The translations under genes were made by a program, and so were the position numbers. Source: Synechococcus sp. (GTDB lineage: Bacteria; Cyanobacteriota; Cyanobacteriia; PCC-6307; Cyanobiaceae). Taken from it: DNA of 64,000 nt. The stretch spans positions 1,888,001 through 1,952,000 of the forward strand of contig JBJBDL010000003.1 of NCBI GenBank assembly GCA_047285305.1, given 5' to 3'. The notes under the pieces were generated by a model. The model was not told the origin of the DNA, did not search any database, and saw only the letters and a program-made list of their open reading frames with translations. Below are positions 9,869 through 17,411 of the stretch, piece by piece. Position 1 is the stretch's first letter. Each line of letters opens with the position of its first letter.

Positions 9869-10138
9869 ATGGTCCTGTAGCTGACGGTGGCTGATGTGAT
9901 GACCCAGCCGGTGCTGACGGTCACGCCCGACACCCCGCTACAGCAGGCCGTGCAGATGATCAGCGACCACCACCTGAGTGGTTTGCCGGTGGTGAATTCA
10001 GAGGGTCGTCTGATCGGCGAGCTGACTGAGCAGGATCTGATGGTGCGGGAGAGCGGTGTTGATGCCGTTAACGCCGAAGCCCGGGCACAAGGCCTGGCCT
10101 TTCCTGCCCTGGGGTACTGGTCTGTTGCGGGTCACTGA
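9869..10138 (+). pseudogene. CBS-domain protein pseudogene (nonsense at codon 4, truncated after the first CBS repeat)
   Basis: ATG GTC CTG TAG CTG ACG GTG at 9869-9889; VADVMT...SGLPVV...GELTEQDL CBS motif; similarity stops after RESGVDA (about 10066) and no second CBS repeat follows. Confidence 0.8.
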
Positions 10139-10182
10139 TTTGTGCAACCTGCTCCAGGCGACTGCAACGGAGTGTTCAAGCG

Positions 10183-10335
10183 CTAAGGGTGTTCCGCCGT
10201 TTGCGATGCCGGAGCAGGCGGCACGCGGTTATCCACGCGCAACGGAGAAAACAGCACAAGGTTGCCTGCCACAAGGCCTGCGGTGACAACAACAGCCGCA
10301 AGAACCTCTAAACCCTCGGATGTTTTGGCCTGCAT
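10183..10335 (-). CDS. Small single-TM hypothetical protein (50 aa)
   Basis: MQAKTSEGLEVLAAVVVTAGLVAGNLVLFSPLR...; one hydrophobic helix. Confidence 0.55.
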   Translation of the reverse strand: MQAKTSEGLEVLAAVVVTAGLVAGNLVLFSPLRVDNRVPPAPASQTAEHP

Positions 10336-10511
10336 GCCTCGAGCATGCGCCGTTGGATTGCCAATGGCGAGGCCTTGTTCGGCTTTCAACGTGTGCGAAC
10401 AAACGGAGTCAGTTGATACGTCAACTTTCGAACCAGGAGAGTTACGACAGTGCAGTTGATGCGCCCAGCCCTGTGTCGCTCATCTCACGATTTCACGACG
10501 GCACGGGTGAT

Positions 10512-10664
10512 GTGCCTCCGATCAAGTTCGAGACCGGGCATCAGGGAAAGGAGGCAGAGCGCCTGACTCGATTCATCTGGAATCAAGTGATTCAACTGCT
10601 GCTGGCCGGCAAGGAGTTAGAAGCCAACTCGCTGTTGGAAGAATTTGATGAACCACCCCTTTAG
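10512..10664 (+). CDS. Small hypothetical protein, possibly shortened by a TGG>TAG change
   Basis: GTG start PPIKFETG...EEFDEPPL-TAG; the frame stays open (DDPLD) to TGA at 10680-10682. Confidence 0.5.
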   Translation: MPPIKFETGHQGKEAERLTRFIWNQVIQLLLAGKELEANSLLEEFDEPPL

Positions 10665-10688
10665 GACGACCCACTCGACTGACAGACC

Positions 10689-10781
10689 ATGGGAACTCCA
10701 CTCACGCAATGGCTTCAACTGGTGGGCTGGGTGCTGGTCGCCACAACCCTGATTTGCCTAAGTGCAACCGGAGTTTTCTGA
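10689..10781 (+). CDS. 30-aa hydrophobic micro-protein
   Basis: Manual translation MGTPLTQWLQLVGWVLVATTLICLSATGVF*; below the ORF-track cut-off. Confidence 0.45.
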   Translation: MGTPLTQWLQLVGWVLVATTLICLSATGVF

Positions 10782-10862
10782 GTTGATCGGTTAAACACCC
10801 CCCCTTAATAGCAATCAATCTGACCTGCAAAATCAGTAATCAATAACATCGGAATAGATCCG

Positions 10863-10876
10863 GTATGACTTGCTAC
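10863..10876 (+). promoter_or_regulatory. Candidate NtcA binding site upstream of ferredoxin
   Basis: GTA-TGACTTGC-TAC, an exact GTA-N8-TAC, 81 nt upstream of the petF ATG in AT-rich intergenic DNA; no clean TAN3T at the canonical spacing. Confidence 0.55.
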
Positions 10877-10957
10877 ATCGATCCCAAAGTCTTCCTTGAA
10901 TGCATCAGCCGGGGCATGCGATTGGATTTTTGATTGATGCATGCATTGATTGAACCA

Positions 10958-11248
10958 ATGGCTTCGTATCAAATCACGATCACCACATCGGAATGCTCCT
11001 CCAGCTTTGCCTGTGCCGACGATCAGTACATCCTTGATGCTGCAGAGGAAGCTGGCGCTGATCTGCCCTATTCATGCCGAGCTGGTGCCTGCTCCACCTG
11101 CGCAGGCAAGCTCTCGAGTGGCTCTCTTGATCAGTCGGATCAGAGCTTTTTGGACGACGAACAAATCGCCAAAGGATTTGCCCTGCTTTGCGTGGCTTAC
11201 CCAACAAGTGATTGCCAGATCAAAGGAGAAGCCGAAGAGGACCTCTGA
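10958..11248 (+). CDS. petF: Plant-type [2Fe-2S] ferredoxin, accessory copy
   Basis: [27 protein letters not shown]...[10 protein letters not shown]...[11 protein letters not shown]; all four Cys ligands present. Confidence 0.95.
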   Translation: MASYQITITTSECSSSFACADDQYILDAAEEAGADLPYSCRAGACSTCAGKLSSGSLDQSDQSFLDDEQIAKGFALLCVAYPTSDCQIKGEAEEDL

Positions 11249-11293
11249 ACTGACAAACCCCATATTCGAGATTCAATTCCGGGGACTCCCGCT

Positions 11294-11325
11294 GGGGAAC
11301 AATCAACGCCTGTCCCCCCTTTTTT
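11294..11325 (+). terminator. Probable intrinsic terminator after petF
   Basis: GGGGAACA-loop-TGTCCCCC stem (one mismatch) followed by a T-run. Confidence 0.6.
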
Positions 11326-11485
11326 GACCAGCTCCAGACCATTCACATCAGCAACCACCTAATTGGCCCAGGCTGAATTCACCAGGGATAGGCACCCAAT
11401 GCCACCATGGTTCTCCCGTTGATTTACACCTGCGCTGAAGGCGGAGGCACCTGCAAAGGGTGTGGCTTCGCTTGCCAAGCAAGGA

Positions 11486-11647
11486 TTAGAGGCCAAAGAA
11501 AGCAAGGACTGCTTCTAAGGCTCCAAGACCCAACAGAAAAACACCAGCGAGCAAGGCAAAGTCTTTTTTGGAGTTAGCCACAGATGCAACGGTTGCTCCG
11601 ACGAACGCCAACAGGACGAACCTAAAGAGAATCGGAAGGGCAAACAT
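11486..11647 (-). CDS. 53-aa two-TM micro-protein
   Basis: Manual translation MFALPILFRFVLLAFVGATVASVANSKKDFALLAGVFLLGLGALEAVLAFFGL*. Confidence 0.5.
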   Translation of the reverse strand: MFALPILFRFVLLAFVGATVASVANSKKDFALLAGVFLLGLGALEAVLAFFGL

Positions 11648-11777
11648 TGCGGAGGATGTACGTCTCCGATGATTTATGTAAACCCGCTGCGGTGCAGGGA
11701 GTTAACGGCTTGATACCAACGTTGAGCTTCGTAATTCCTCTCAAAGGAGGCAATTGGCATGACGAAAGGCAACCCTT

Positions 11778-12301
11778 CTAAAAACTGCTCTGGCTCTGCC
11801 CAACGAAGCGGCCCGCGTAGTGCTCTTCACCATCCATGCGCTGAAAGATGAACTGACAGATCAGCGTGCCTGGCACCACCGCCAGTGGAGCCGGACCAAA
11901 GTTGCTCATTTCCAGCACCTGCTAACTGTCAATCCCCGGCCCCATGAGTAATGCACTGATGTGCATCATCAGCCCGAGGTGAGCAGTGCGACTACGGCCC
12001 TCAAGCCAACCGCAAAGGCCTGGGCCAAGCCTGACCCGTTCACGGGTGATCCCCAGCACGGTCTCCCCCGGCATGATCAGGATGTGCCCGTCCTCGGGGA
12101 TCTCGAGCTTGTCGGTACATTTGCGGTAGTCGGTGCGATCGCGCACCTCGATCACTTCATGCACCTTGCGGAACACCCGGAACGTGTAGCCGAGGGTGAG
12201 ATCCACAGATGCCGGCCCAATATGGTCGGCATTGAAGGACGTGATCGCGATCAGGCTTCATCAACCGCTCGAAGAATGGCCTGACGTCCAAGCACCGCCA
12301 T
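11778..12301 (-). pseudogene. dcd: dCTP deaminase pseudogene
   Basis: MAVLGRQAILRAVDE, then a 1-nt frameshift near 12255, then ...IGPASVDLTLG...LEGRSR...; in-frame TAG at 11922-11924; continues QVLEMSNFGP...ICQFIF...HYAGRFVGQSQSSF* to 11778. Confidence 0.88.
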
Positions 12302-12337
12302 GATCCAATCCCTTGCTGGGCCATGAGTATGGACGCC

Positions 12338-12490
12338 TCAGACGCCCGGATGCTCAAACAGAACCGTCGACAGTTCTGACTCGCTCAGCTCGACGACGTC
12401 TTGAGTCTGATGCTGCTCAAGCGGTGGAGCTTCGGGGAGCCGGAAGGCTTTTTGGAGGTCTGTCTTGATGGCACCAAAGAGGTAGGTCAT
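12338..12490 (-). CDS. 50-aa hypothetical protein
   Basis: Manual translation MTYLFGAIKTDLQKAFRLPEAPPLEQHQTQDVVELSESELSTVLFEHPGV*; co-oriented between its neighbours. Confidence 0.4.
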   Translation of the reverse strand: MTYLFGAIKTDLQKAFRLPEAPPLEQHQTQDVVELSESELSTVLFEHPGV

Positions 12491-12505
12491 AAAAAAAGAC
12501 CACCC

Positions 12506-12700
12506 TCAGACCGGACATTTGAAAACCTTCAGCCGGCGCCCCTCATCCGTTTGAACATGCCCTGACTGGACACAACCAAGCTCTGCTGGGGGCAGCCGAG
12601 AACCGATGTGGATCGTGAAACGCTCAGAACTTTTGGCTCCAGACGCCAACACCAAAACGAAAGCTGCAAGTGAGAGGAGAGACGTGAGCAGCACTCGCAT
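12506..12700 (-). CDS. Small exported protein with two Cys
   Basis: Signal-peptide-like N-terminus; LGCVQ...FKCPV. Confidence 0.6.
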   Translation of the reverse strand: MRVLLTSLLSLAAFVLVLASGAKSSERFTIHIGSRLPPAELGCVQSGHVQTDEGRRLKVFKCPV

Positions 12701-12804
12701 CTGCCGTTCAGCGCAACGGGTTCAAGTCTGGCTGGGAGATCCTTCGGGTGGTGGAGCCTCGAAGCAGAAACCCATTCCTAGGCTTGCCTGGCGAGAGCGA
12801 GCAA

Positions 12805-13248
12805 ATGGATCAGACCAGAGAGCCGGTTGGTCATCTAAGCGCGATCATCGGGATCGGCCTCCTGCTGATTGGCCTCGTTGTCTTTGGAGTGGTCCAACAG
12901 AAAGCCTGGAGCCATCAAGCGGAACTCACCCAAAGCTTCGAGGAATGCATGGAGAGCGCACCCTTCAAAAAATCTCTAAGGATGCCGAGGCCAGAGGCTG
13001 TACTCACTGACGAGCAACTGCAAAACCACTTTGACGCGTTTGATCAGCTGCTCAAAGAAACAGGTTTACCGCCCATTTGGAATGGCAAAACCTTGGTTGC
13101 ATGGAAGGAATTCCACAAAAACTCAATTGAATTTGCAAGCCAATGCCATGGCCAGCTGGGCATCGATCAGCCTCAACGACAACTGAAGGGCACCTACGCC
13201 AAACCCGTTTGGGATCCGAACTCTCCCATCTGGCGGCAGGCTGATTGA
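12805..13248 (+). CDS. Hypothetical membrane-anchored protein
   Basis: N-terminal TM helix; GLPPIWNG; two Cys; stop overlaps the next start (TGATG). Confidence 0.7.
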   Translation: MDQTREPVGHLSAIIGIGLLLIGLVVFGVVQQKAWSHQAELTQSFEECMESAPFKKSLRMPRPEAVLTDEQLQNHFDAFDQLLKETGLPPIWNGKTLVAWKEFHKNSIEFASQCHGQLGIDQPQRQLKGTYAKPVWDPNSPIWRQAD

Positions 13249-13646
13249 TGAGCACGCGTGGGTTCAAAGGGCTCTACCTGCAAGCCACCGCTGATCCCCG
13301 CTGCTTTTCATTTATGACCTACACACCACAAACCAGAGAACAAATGCTGGCTTGTGGAGACCTGAATGAAGACGAAGAATATTTCAATCCAGTGATTTTT
13401 GATTTTCTTTTGTTCGCATCGGAAGCGGCCCTTGGAACACCAGCCGGCAACCCATTCCCTATCACCTACGACGACATCTCAATCATCACATCACGACAAA
13501 GAGGCTCGGGCATTCAGCACGAATATCTGATCAGGATCTCAGATTATGACTGGAATGATGCAAAGCATCTTGCATTGGATCAACTCCAAGACGTGTTAAC
13601 GAGTGCGCGATGGAATGGAGCTCGGCTCACGGATTTGCGCGATTGA
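13248..13646 (+). CDS. Hypothetical protein
   Basis: Translationally coupled to the upstream gene; globular-looking composition. Confidence 0.7.
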   Translation: MSTRGFKGLYLQATADPRCFSFMTYTPQTREQMLACGDLNEDEEYFNPVIFDFLLFASEAALGTPAGNPFPITYDDISIITSRQRGSGIQHEYLIRISDYDWNDAKHLALDQLQDVLTSARWNGARLTDLRD

Positions 13647-13710
13647 AACAGCATCAAACCGCCGAGTGAGGCCCGAGTCCTTTAGCTTGCCGGCCTCAGC
13701 AGCCATCCCC

Positions 13711-13812
13711 ATGATCCCAGAGCCCCACGAGCCCTTTGACATCAACCGAAAGGACGACTCGATCTTCCTGCTCGGTTCCATGTTCATTTTGATCTTCCTC
13801 TTCCTTCTTTAA
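13711..13812 (+). CDS. 33-aa micro-protein with C-terminal hydrophobic helix
   Basis: MIPEPHEPFDINRKDDSIFLLGSMFILIFLFLL*. Confidence 0.45.
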   Translation: MIPEPHEPFDINRKDDSIFLLGSMFILIFLFLL

Positions 13813-13917
13813 AAGAGAAAAGGATTATCCTCAGCATCAACGAAAAAGCACCTGCTCCAACCGACAGGTTATCTTTTGCTATTGGATTGCCATCAACGAA
13901 TCGTTGCCAGGAAAAAT

Positions 13918-14169
13918 TCAGCGGCGCGGCAGGCTCACTTGATACATCGTTTCGGCAGCAGGTTTCCATTGCACAAGGTGAAGTCTGTCGATCTTGTTGT
14001 TGTCCAAACAATCCCAGATTGTGGCTCCAGACAGTGTTGCCATCGACCACACATCACCCTGACTTTTCATCTGCTTGCGATTGCGATCTTTCCATCCCGT
14101 CCAGTTGATTTTTGGGTATGAGCCAACTTGATCACTCAGAATCACCACCGTGAATTCCACCGAACGCAA
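13918..14169 (-). CDS. Hypothetical protein (start uncertain)
   Basis: Trp-rich KINWTGWKDRN...LHLVQWKP; no convincing in-frame start, so a 5' frameshift is possible. Confidence 0.45.
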   Translation of the reverse strand: MRSVEFTVVILSDQVGSYPKINWTGWKDRNRKQMKSQGDVWSMATLSGATIWDCLDNNKIDRLHLVQWKPAAETMYQVSLPRR

Positions 14170-14216
14170 ACCAAAACCGGCCGAAACTCTAAGTTATTGA
14201 ACTTCAATTCCCTGGT

Positions 14217-14414
14217 TCAGTCCACGGGTTTGCGCCAAATCCGCCACACCAGCCAGCCGGTCACCCCGAGCCAGAGGAACGCCACAGCCGAAAGGATCGG
14301 AACGACGATCAGATAGCTCCACACCCCCATGGCCACCCAGGCGAGCAGAGACGTGATCAACGACTTCTGAAAGTTGTTGGCCTCAGCGAGACGCTGCTGA
14401 AAGAGAGATCTCAC
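14217..14414 (-). CDS. Small two-TM membrane protein
   Basis: GTG start RSLFQQRL...; two hydrophobic Trp-rich helices; last gene of the PPTase operon. Confidence 0.6.
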   Translation of the reverse strand: MRSLFQQRLAEANNFQKSLITSLLAWVAMGVWSYLIVVPILSAVAFLWLGVTGWLVWRIWRKPVD

Positions 14415-14442
14415 GCTGTTGCTCGATGCTCCATGCCTTCCT

Positions 14443-15012
14443 CTAGCTACGGATGCCCTCAGCGACCGCAACGCTAAAGCCCTCCTGGGTCCAGAGGCGG
14501 AGGGTATAACTCGAACCATGCAGCCATGCCGCGGCCCCGTCCGGAGCAAAGGTCACATTCGCCAGTCCGCCGCCCAGCCCTAAACCCGCTGCCTTCAATA
14601 CAGCCTCCTTCGCCGTCCAGGCCTGAATCAGCGTCCAATGCTCCAGGCAGTCCGCCGCTTCAGCGGCCGAGGCAAACATGCGCCGCTTCAGCAGTTCAGA
14701 CGCCACACGCAACGGCCGATCCAGCGCTTCAACATCAATGCCAATCGGATCCGGCCCCACCACTCCGATGCTGAGGGATCCGGTGTTGGAAATGCTGTGT
14801 TGCAGCGGGGAATTGCGCAGCTGCGGCTTGCCGTAGATCGTGCGACCGATGTCATCCGCAGCAACCATCTGGCCTGCATCGGCGAACAGCCGGCAGGTGA
14901 GGCTGTCGCTCAAGGCCCGCTGCTCAGCGCGCGTCGGGGGCTGAGCGAAATGGGCCACCAACACCCGACGTCGCGAGCTGGGGATCGACCACCAGGACCA
15001 AGCTGCGTCCAA
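14443..15012 (-). CDS. 4'-phosphopantetheinyl transferase (Sfp-like, short)
   Basis: YGKP, SISNT, IGIDVE and WTAKEAVLKA motifs. Confidence 0.88.
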   Translation of the reverse strand: MDAAWSWWSIPSSRRRVLVAHFAQPPTRAEQRALSDSLTCRLFADAGQMVAADDIGRTIYGKPQLRNSPLQHSISNTGSLSIGVVGPDPIGIDVEALDRPLRVASELLKRRMFASAAEAADCLEHWTLIQAWTAKEAVLKAAGLGLGGGLANVTFAPDGAAAWLHGSSYTLRLWTQEGFSVAVAEGIRS

Positions 15013-15015
15013 AGC

Positions 15016-16464
15016 TCAATCCTGAACAGGCGGCACGGGCACCGGCGGCAGAGCTGGCGGCGGCATCACCGATAGGGCTGGCTCATCAAGAAGAACCTCG
15101 GCGGGATTCAACATCGGCTCATCGAGCACAATCGGCGGCGGCAGATCGGGGGGCAACGGCACAAACGGCTGCGGCTCTGTCCAGCTGTCATCGGAGCTGA
15201 CATCTGAGCTGGCATCGGAACCGAGTTCAGCCGGCTCCGGCTCCCGGATCACAGCCGTTGGCTCGCGCAACACCAAAGGATCCGCCGTGATCGGGGGTTC
15301 CCGCAGGGGTGCACGGTCCAGATCGACGCTGCGGTCGTCAGCATCCGCGGGCAAACCCGGCTTAGTGAGGTTGTTGGAGGGCCCCCAGATCATCCGGGCC
15401 AGGGGTTCCACGCCCTGTTCCATCACCCGGTTCAAGCCCGCCAGAGCGCGATCGGCGAGGTGATTGCCGAAAGACGACATACAGTCGAGCGGGCCATCGC
15501 AACCCTCATCCAGCGCCAGCTTGGGCGTCAGCGCCGCGATCAGATTGCCCTGCAAGGGTATCTGGCGGGGGCTCAACCGCAACAGATAAGGCACATGCAC
15601 AAAGCTGGTGGCACCGCCGCTGATCCAGTTGGCATCTTCTTCGGTGAAACCCTTCACCCCAGGGATGATCAAACGACTCTTCGAGGCATGGTCGGGCATG
15701 TAGGCCGCCAGATAGCCCCGGCGACGGGCGAGGTCTTTGGTCTGCTCGAGGGTCAGACCGTCACGGCTCATCAACACCTCCATATAACCGTCTAGACGCA
15801 GGCCCATCACCATGCGGATCCTCGGCAGGTAGTAGCGGATACGCTGGCCCATGCTGATGCTGTAGGCCCCCTTATAGATTTCCGGCGGAGCCTCGATGTC
15901 GTTGTAGAGGCTATGCAACCCGCCGATGAAGGTTTCGTAGATGCGGCTGCGCTCATCGGTCAGCTCGCCGTAGCCGAAATCAATGCTTCCGTTTTGGCGG
16001 ATGCCGACGAAGGCTCGTTGGCGTGAAGCCGAGCGGTTACGACCGCGCCAGACCTGCTTGCCGAATTTGAGATCCCCCAGTGGAACAGTGATCTCGCGGC
16101 CATCGTCGTCCACATGGCGCTCGTACATCGGGCCGGACACGTAGGCCAGGGCAGCGCTGTCCTGGTAGGCGTCCTGTTCGCGATCCCAACCCTCCAGGAG
16201 CCCGAAGCGCACCCGCCGTGGATCGAGATCCAACGCGTAAACCTCATCATTGGGGATGTAGCGGAACGGCTTGGCATACCGGCCGCGCTGCTGGGCCGAA
16301 CGAATAGCTTGCTGCTGCAGCTCGGAGCGCTCGGGAGCTACAGGCGCCAAGGCGAACAATCCGCCTAACACCACAAACGGCATGGCCAGCAAGAGACAGC
16401 GCTTGCGCAGACGGATCCTGCGCTTGGGTCGGGTCCTGTGTCGCGGCGCAGCAGGCTGAGTCAC
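15016..16464 (-). CDS. Membrane-anchored protein with divergent phosphodiester-glycosidase (DUF2233/NAGPA-like) domain and Pro-rich tail
   Basis: Basic N-terminus then a TM helix; RAFVGIRQNG and RMVMGLRLDG...GLTLEQ...AYMPDHASKS; GTG start overlaps the pdeM stop (GTGA). Confidence 0.65.
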   Translation of the reverse strand: MTQPAAPRHRTRPKRRIRLRKRCLLLAMPFVVLGGLFALAPVAPERSELQQQAIRSAQQRGRYAKPFRYIPNDEVYALDLDPRRVRFGLLEGWDREQDAYQDSAALAYVSGPMYERHVDDDGREITVPLGDLKFGKQVWRGRNRSASRQRAFVGIRQNGSIDFGYGELTDERSRIYETFIGGLHSLYNDIEAPPEIYKGAYSISMGQRIRYYLPRIRMVMGLRLDGYMEVLMSRDGLTLEQTKDLARRRGYLAAYMPDHASKSRLIIPGVKGFTEEDANWISGGATSFVHVPYLLRLSPRQIPLQGNLIAALTPKLALDEGCDGPLDCMSSFGNHLADRALAGLNRVMEQGVEPLARMIWGPSNNLTKPGLPADADDRSVDLDRAPLREPPITADPLVLREPTAVIREPEPAELGSDASSDVSSDDSWTEPQPFVPLPPDLPPPIVLDEPMLNPAEVLLDEPALSVMPPPALPPVPVPPVQD

Positions 16465-17135
16465 GCGACCCTTCGCTCTCGGTTGTTGGGTATTGGATCG
16501 AACCAAGGAACGATGGAGCCTTCGGCCACCAGCCATTGCTGGTAACGCTCGCCGCAGTCATGGCCTCCCGTCAACTGCCCGAAAGAAGGAATCACCAGAC
16601 GCGGTCCTTCCGGATCAAAGGCGAAGCAGGGCAAACGCAACTGATCGGAACGGCTGCGAATCCGGGTGGTGGGGTGCAGGTGACCGCACATGTTCAACAA
16701 CCCCGGCTCCGGGACCCGTTCGGGCATGTGGCTCAACCAGAGATTGCCCAGACGCTGAGAAGGCTGCTGGGGCAAGCCTTCAATCCAGCCGTCCTGGTCA
16801 TGGTTGCCACCGATCAGCACCACCGGGCAACCACAGAGATCGGGCAGCGCCAGCAGGATTTCGCGCAGGGAAGCGGTGATGCCGATCCGGGCATGCACGA
16901 GATCACCCAGCACAAACAAGCGCTTAGGTAACCATGCATGGCAGAGCTCCAGCAGCGGATTCAGGGTTCCTTGATCCCCATCGCTGGGCATGGGGATCCC
17001 ATGGGCCTGGAACACCTCGGCCTTGCCGAGATGCAGGTCGGCAACAAACAACTCCCGCCCCTCAGCCCGCCACAACGCCCGCTGGGGCAGAAACGTCAGT
17101 GGGCTGTCGCCCCAGGACCACTCCAATGCGGTCAT
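16461..17135 (-). CDS. pdeM: Ligase-associated DNA-damage-response endonuclease, metallophosphoesterase
   Basis: ADLHLGK, LGDLVH, GGNHD, CGHLHP, RLPCF and PSFGQLTGG motifs. Confidence 0.88.
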   Translation of the reverse strand: MTALEWSWGDSPLTFLPQRALWRAEGRELFVADLHLGKAEVFQAHGIPMPSDGDQGTLNPLLELCHAWLPKRLFVLGDLVHARIGITASLREILLALPDLCGCPVVLIGGNHDQDGWIEGLPQQPSQRLGNLWLSHMPERVPEPGLLNMCGHLHPTTRIRSRSDQLRLPCFAFDPEGPRLVIPSFGQLTGGHDCGERYQQWLVAEGSIVPWFDPIPNNRERRVA

Positions 17136-17176
17136 GGACTGTGAAGATCGCAGATCTGTAGCGCTGGCTGCATTGG

Positions 17177-17404
17177 ATGGCTGATGTCGTGCCGCAAGCT
17201 TCGGATGCCTCCAGAAGACTCATTTTGGCGCGGAGCAATGGCCTCCACCAGGTCGCGAATTCAACCCTGCGCACGCTCGAACAACGCTTGAGCCTGCTGG
17301 AAGAGGAAGGCCGTTTCGAATGTGCCTACGCCCTGAGGATGGAAGTAGCCGACTGGCTGCTTGGGGCAAGGGATGCCAACCTGAGCACACCATCGTTGAC
17401 CTGA
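17177..17404 (+). CDS. Conserved hypothetical protein
   Basis: 75 aa, EGRFECAYALRMEVADWLL. Confidence 0.65.
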   Translation: MADVVPQASDASRRLILARSNGLHQVANSTLRTLEQRLSLLEEEGRFECAYALRMEVADWLLGARDANLSTPSLT

Positions 17405-17411
17405 CTCTTCC

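Noticed and set aside
11407..11577. Plus-strand 56-aa ORF with a Cys cluster (CAEGGGTCKGCGFAC)
   Set aside because: Spacing does not fit a 4Fe-4S or zinc motif, and it overlaps a more protein-like minus-strand ORF; likely chance
12338..12490. ELSESELSTV resembles a double-glycine RiPP leader
   Set aside because: No GG/GA cleavage site or core peptide follows, and there is no modifying enzyme or peptidase transporter in the window
9869..14210. Prophage or integrative element
   Set aside because: petF and dcd occur in phages, but there is no integrase, structural gene, tRNA or att-like repeat
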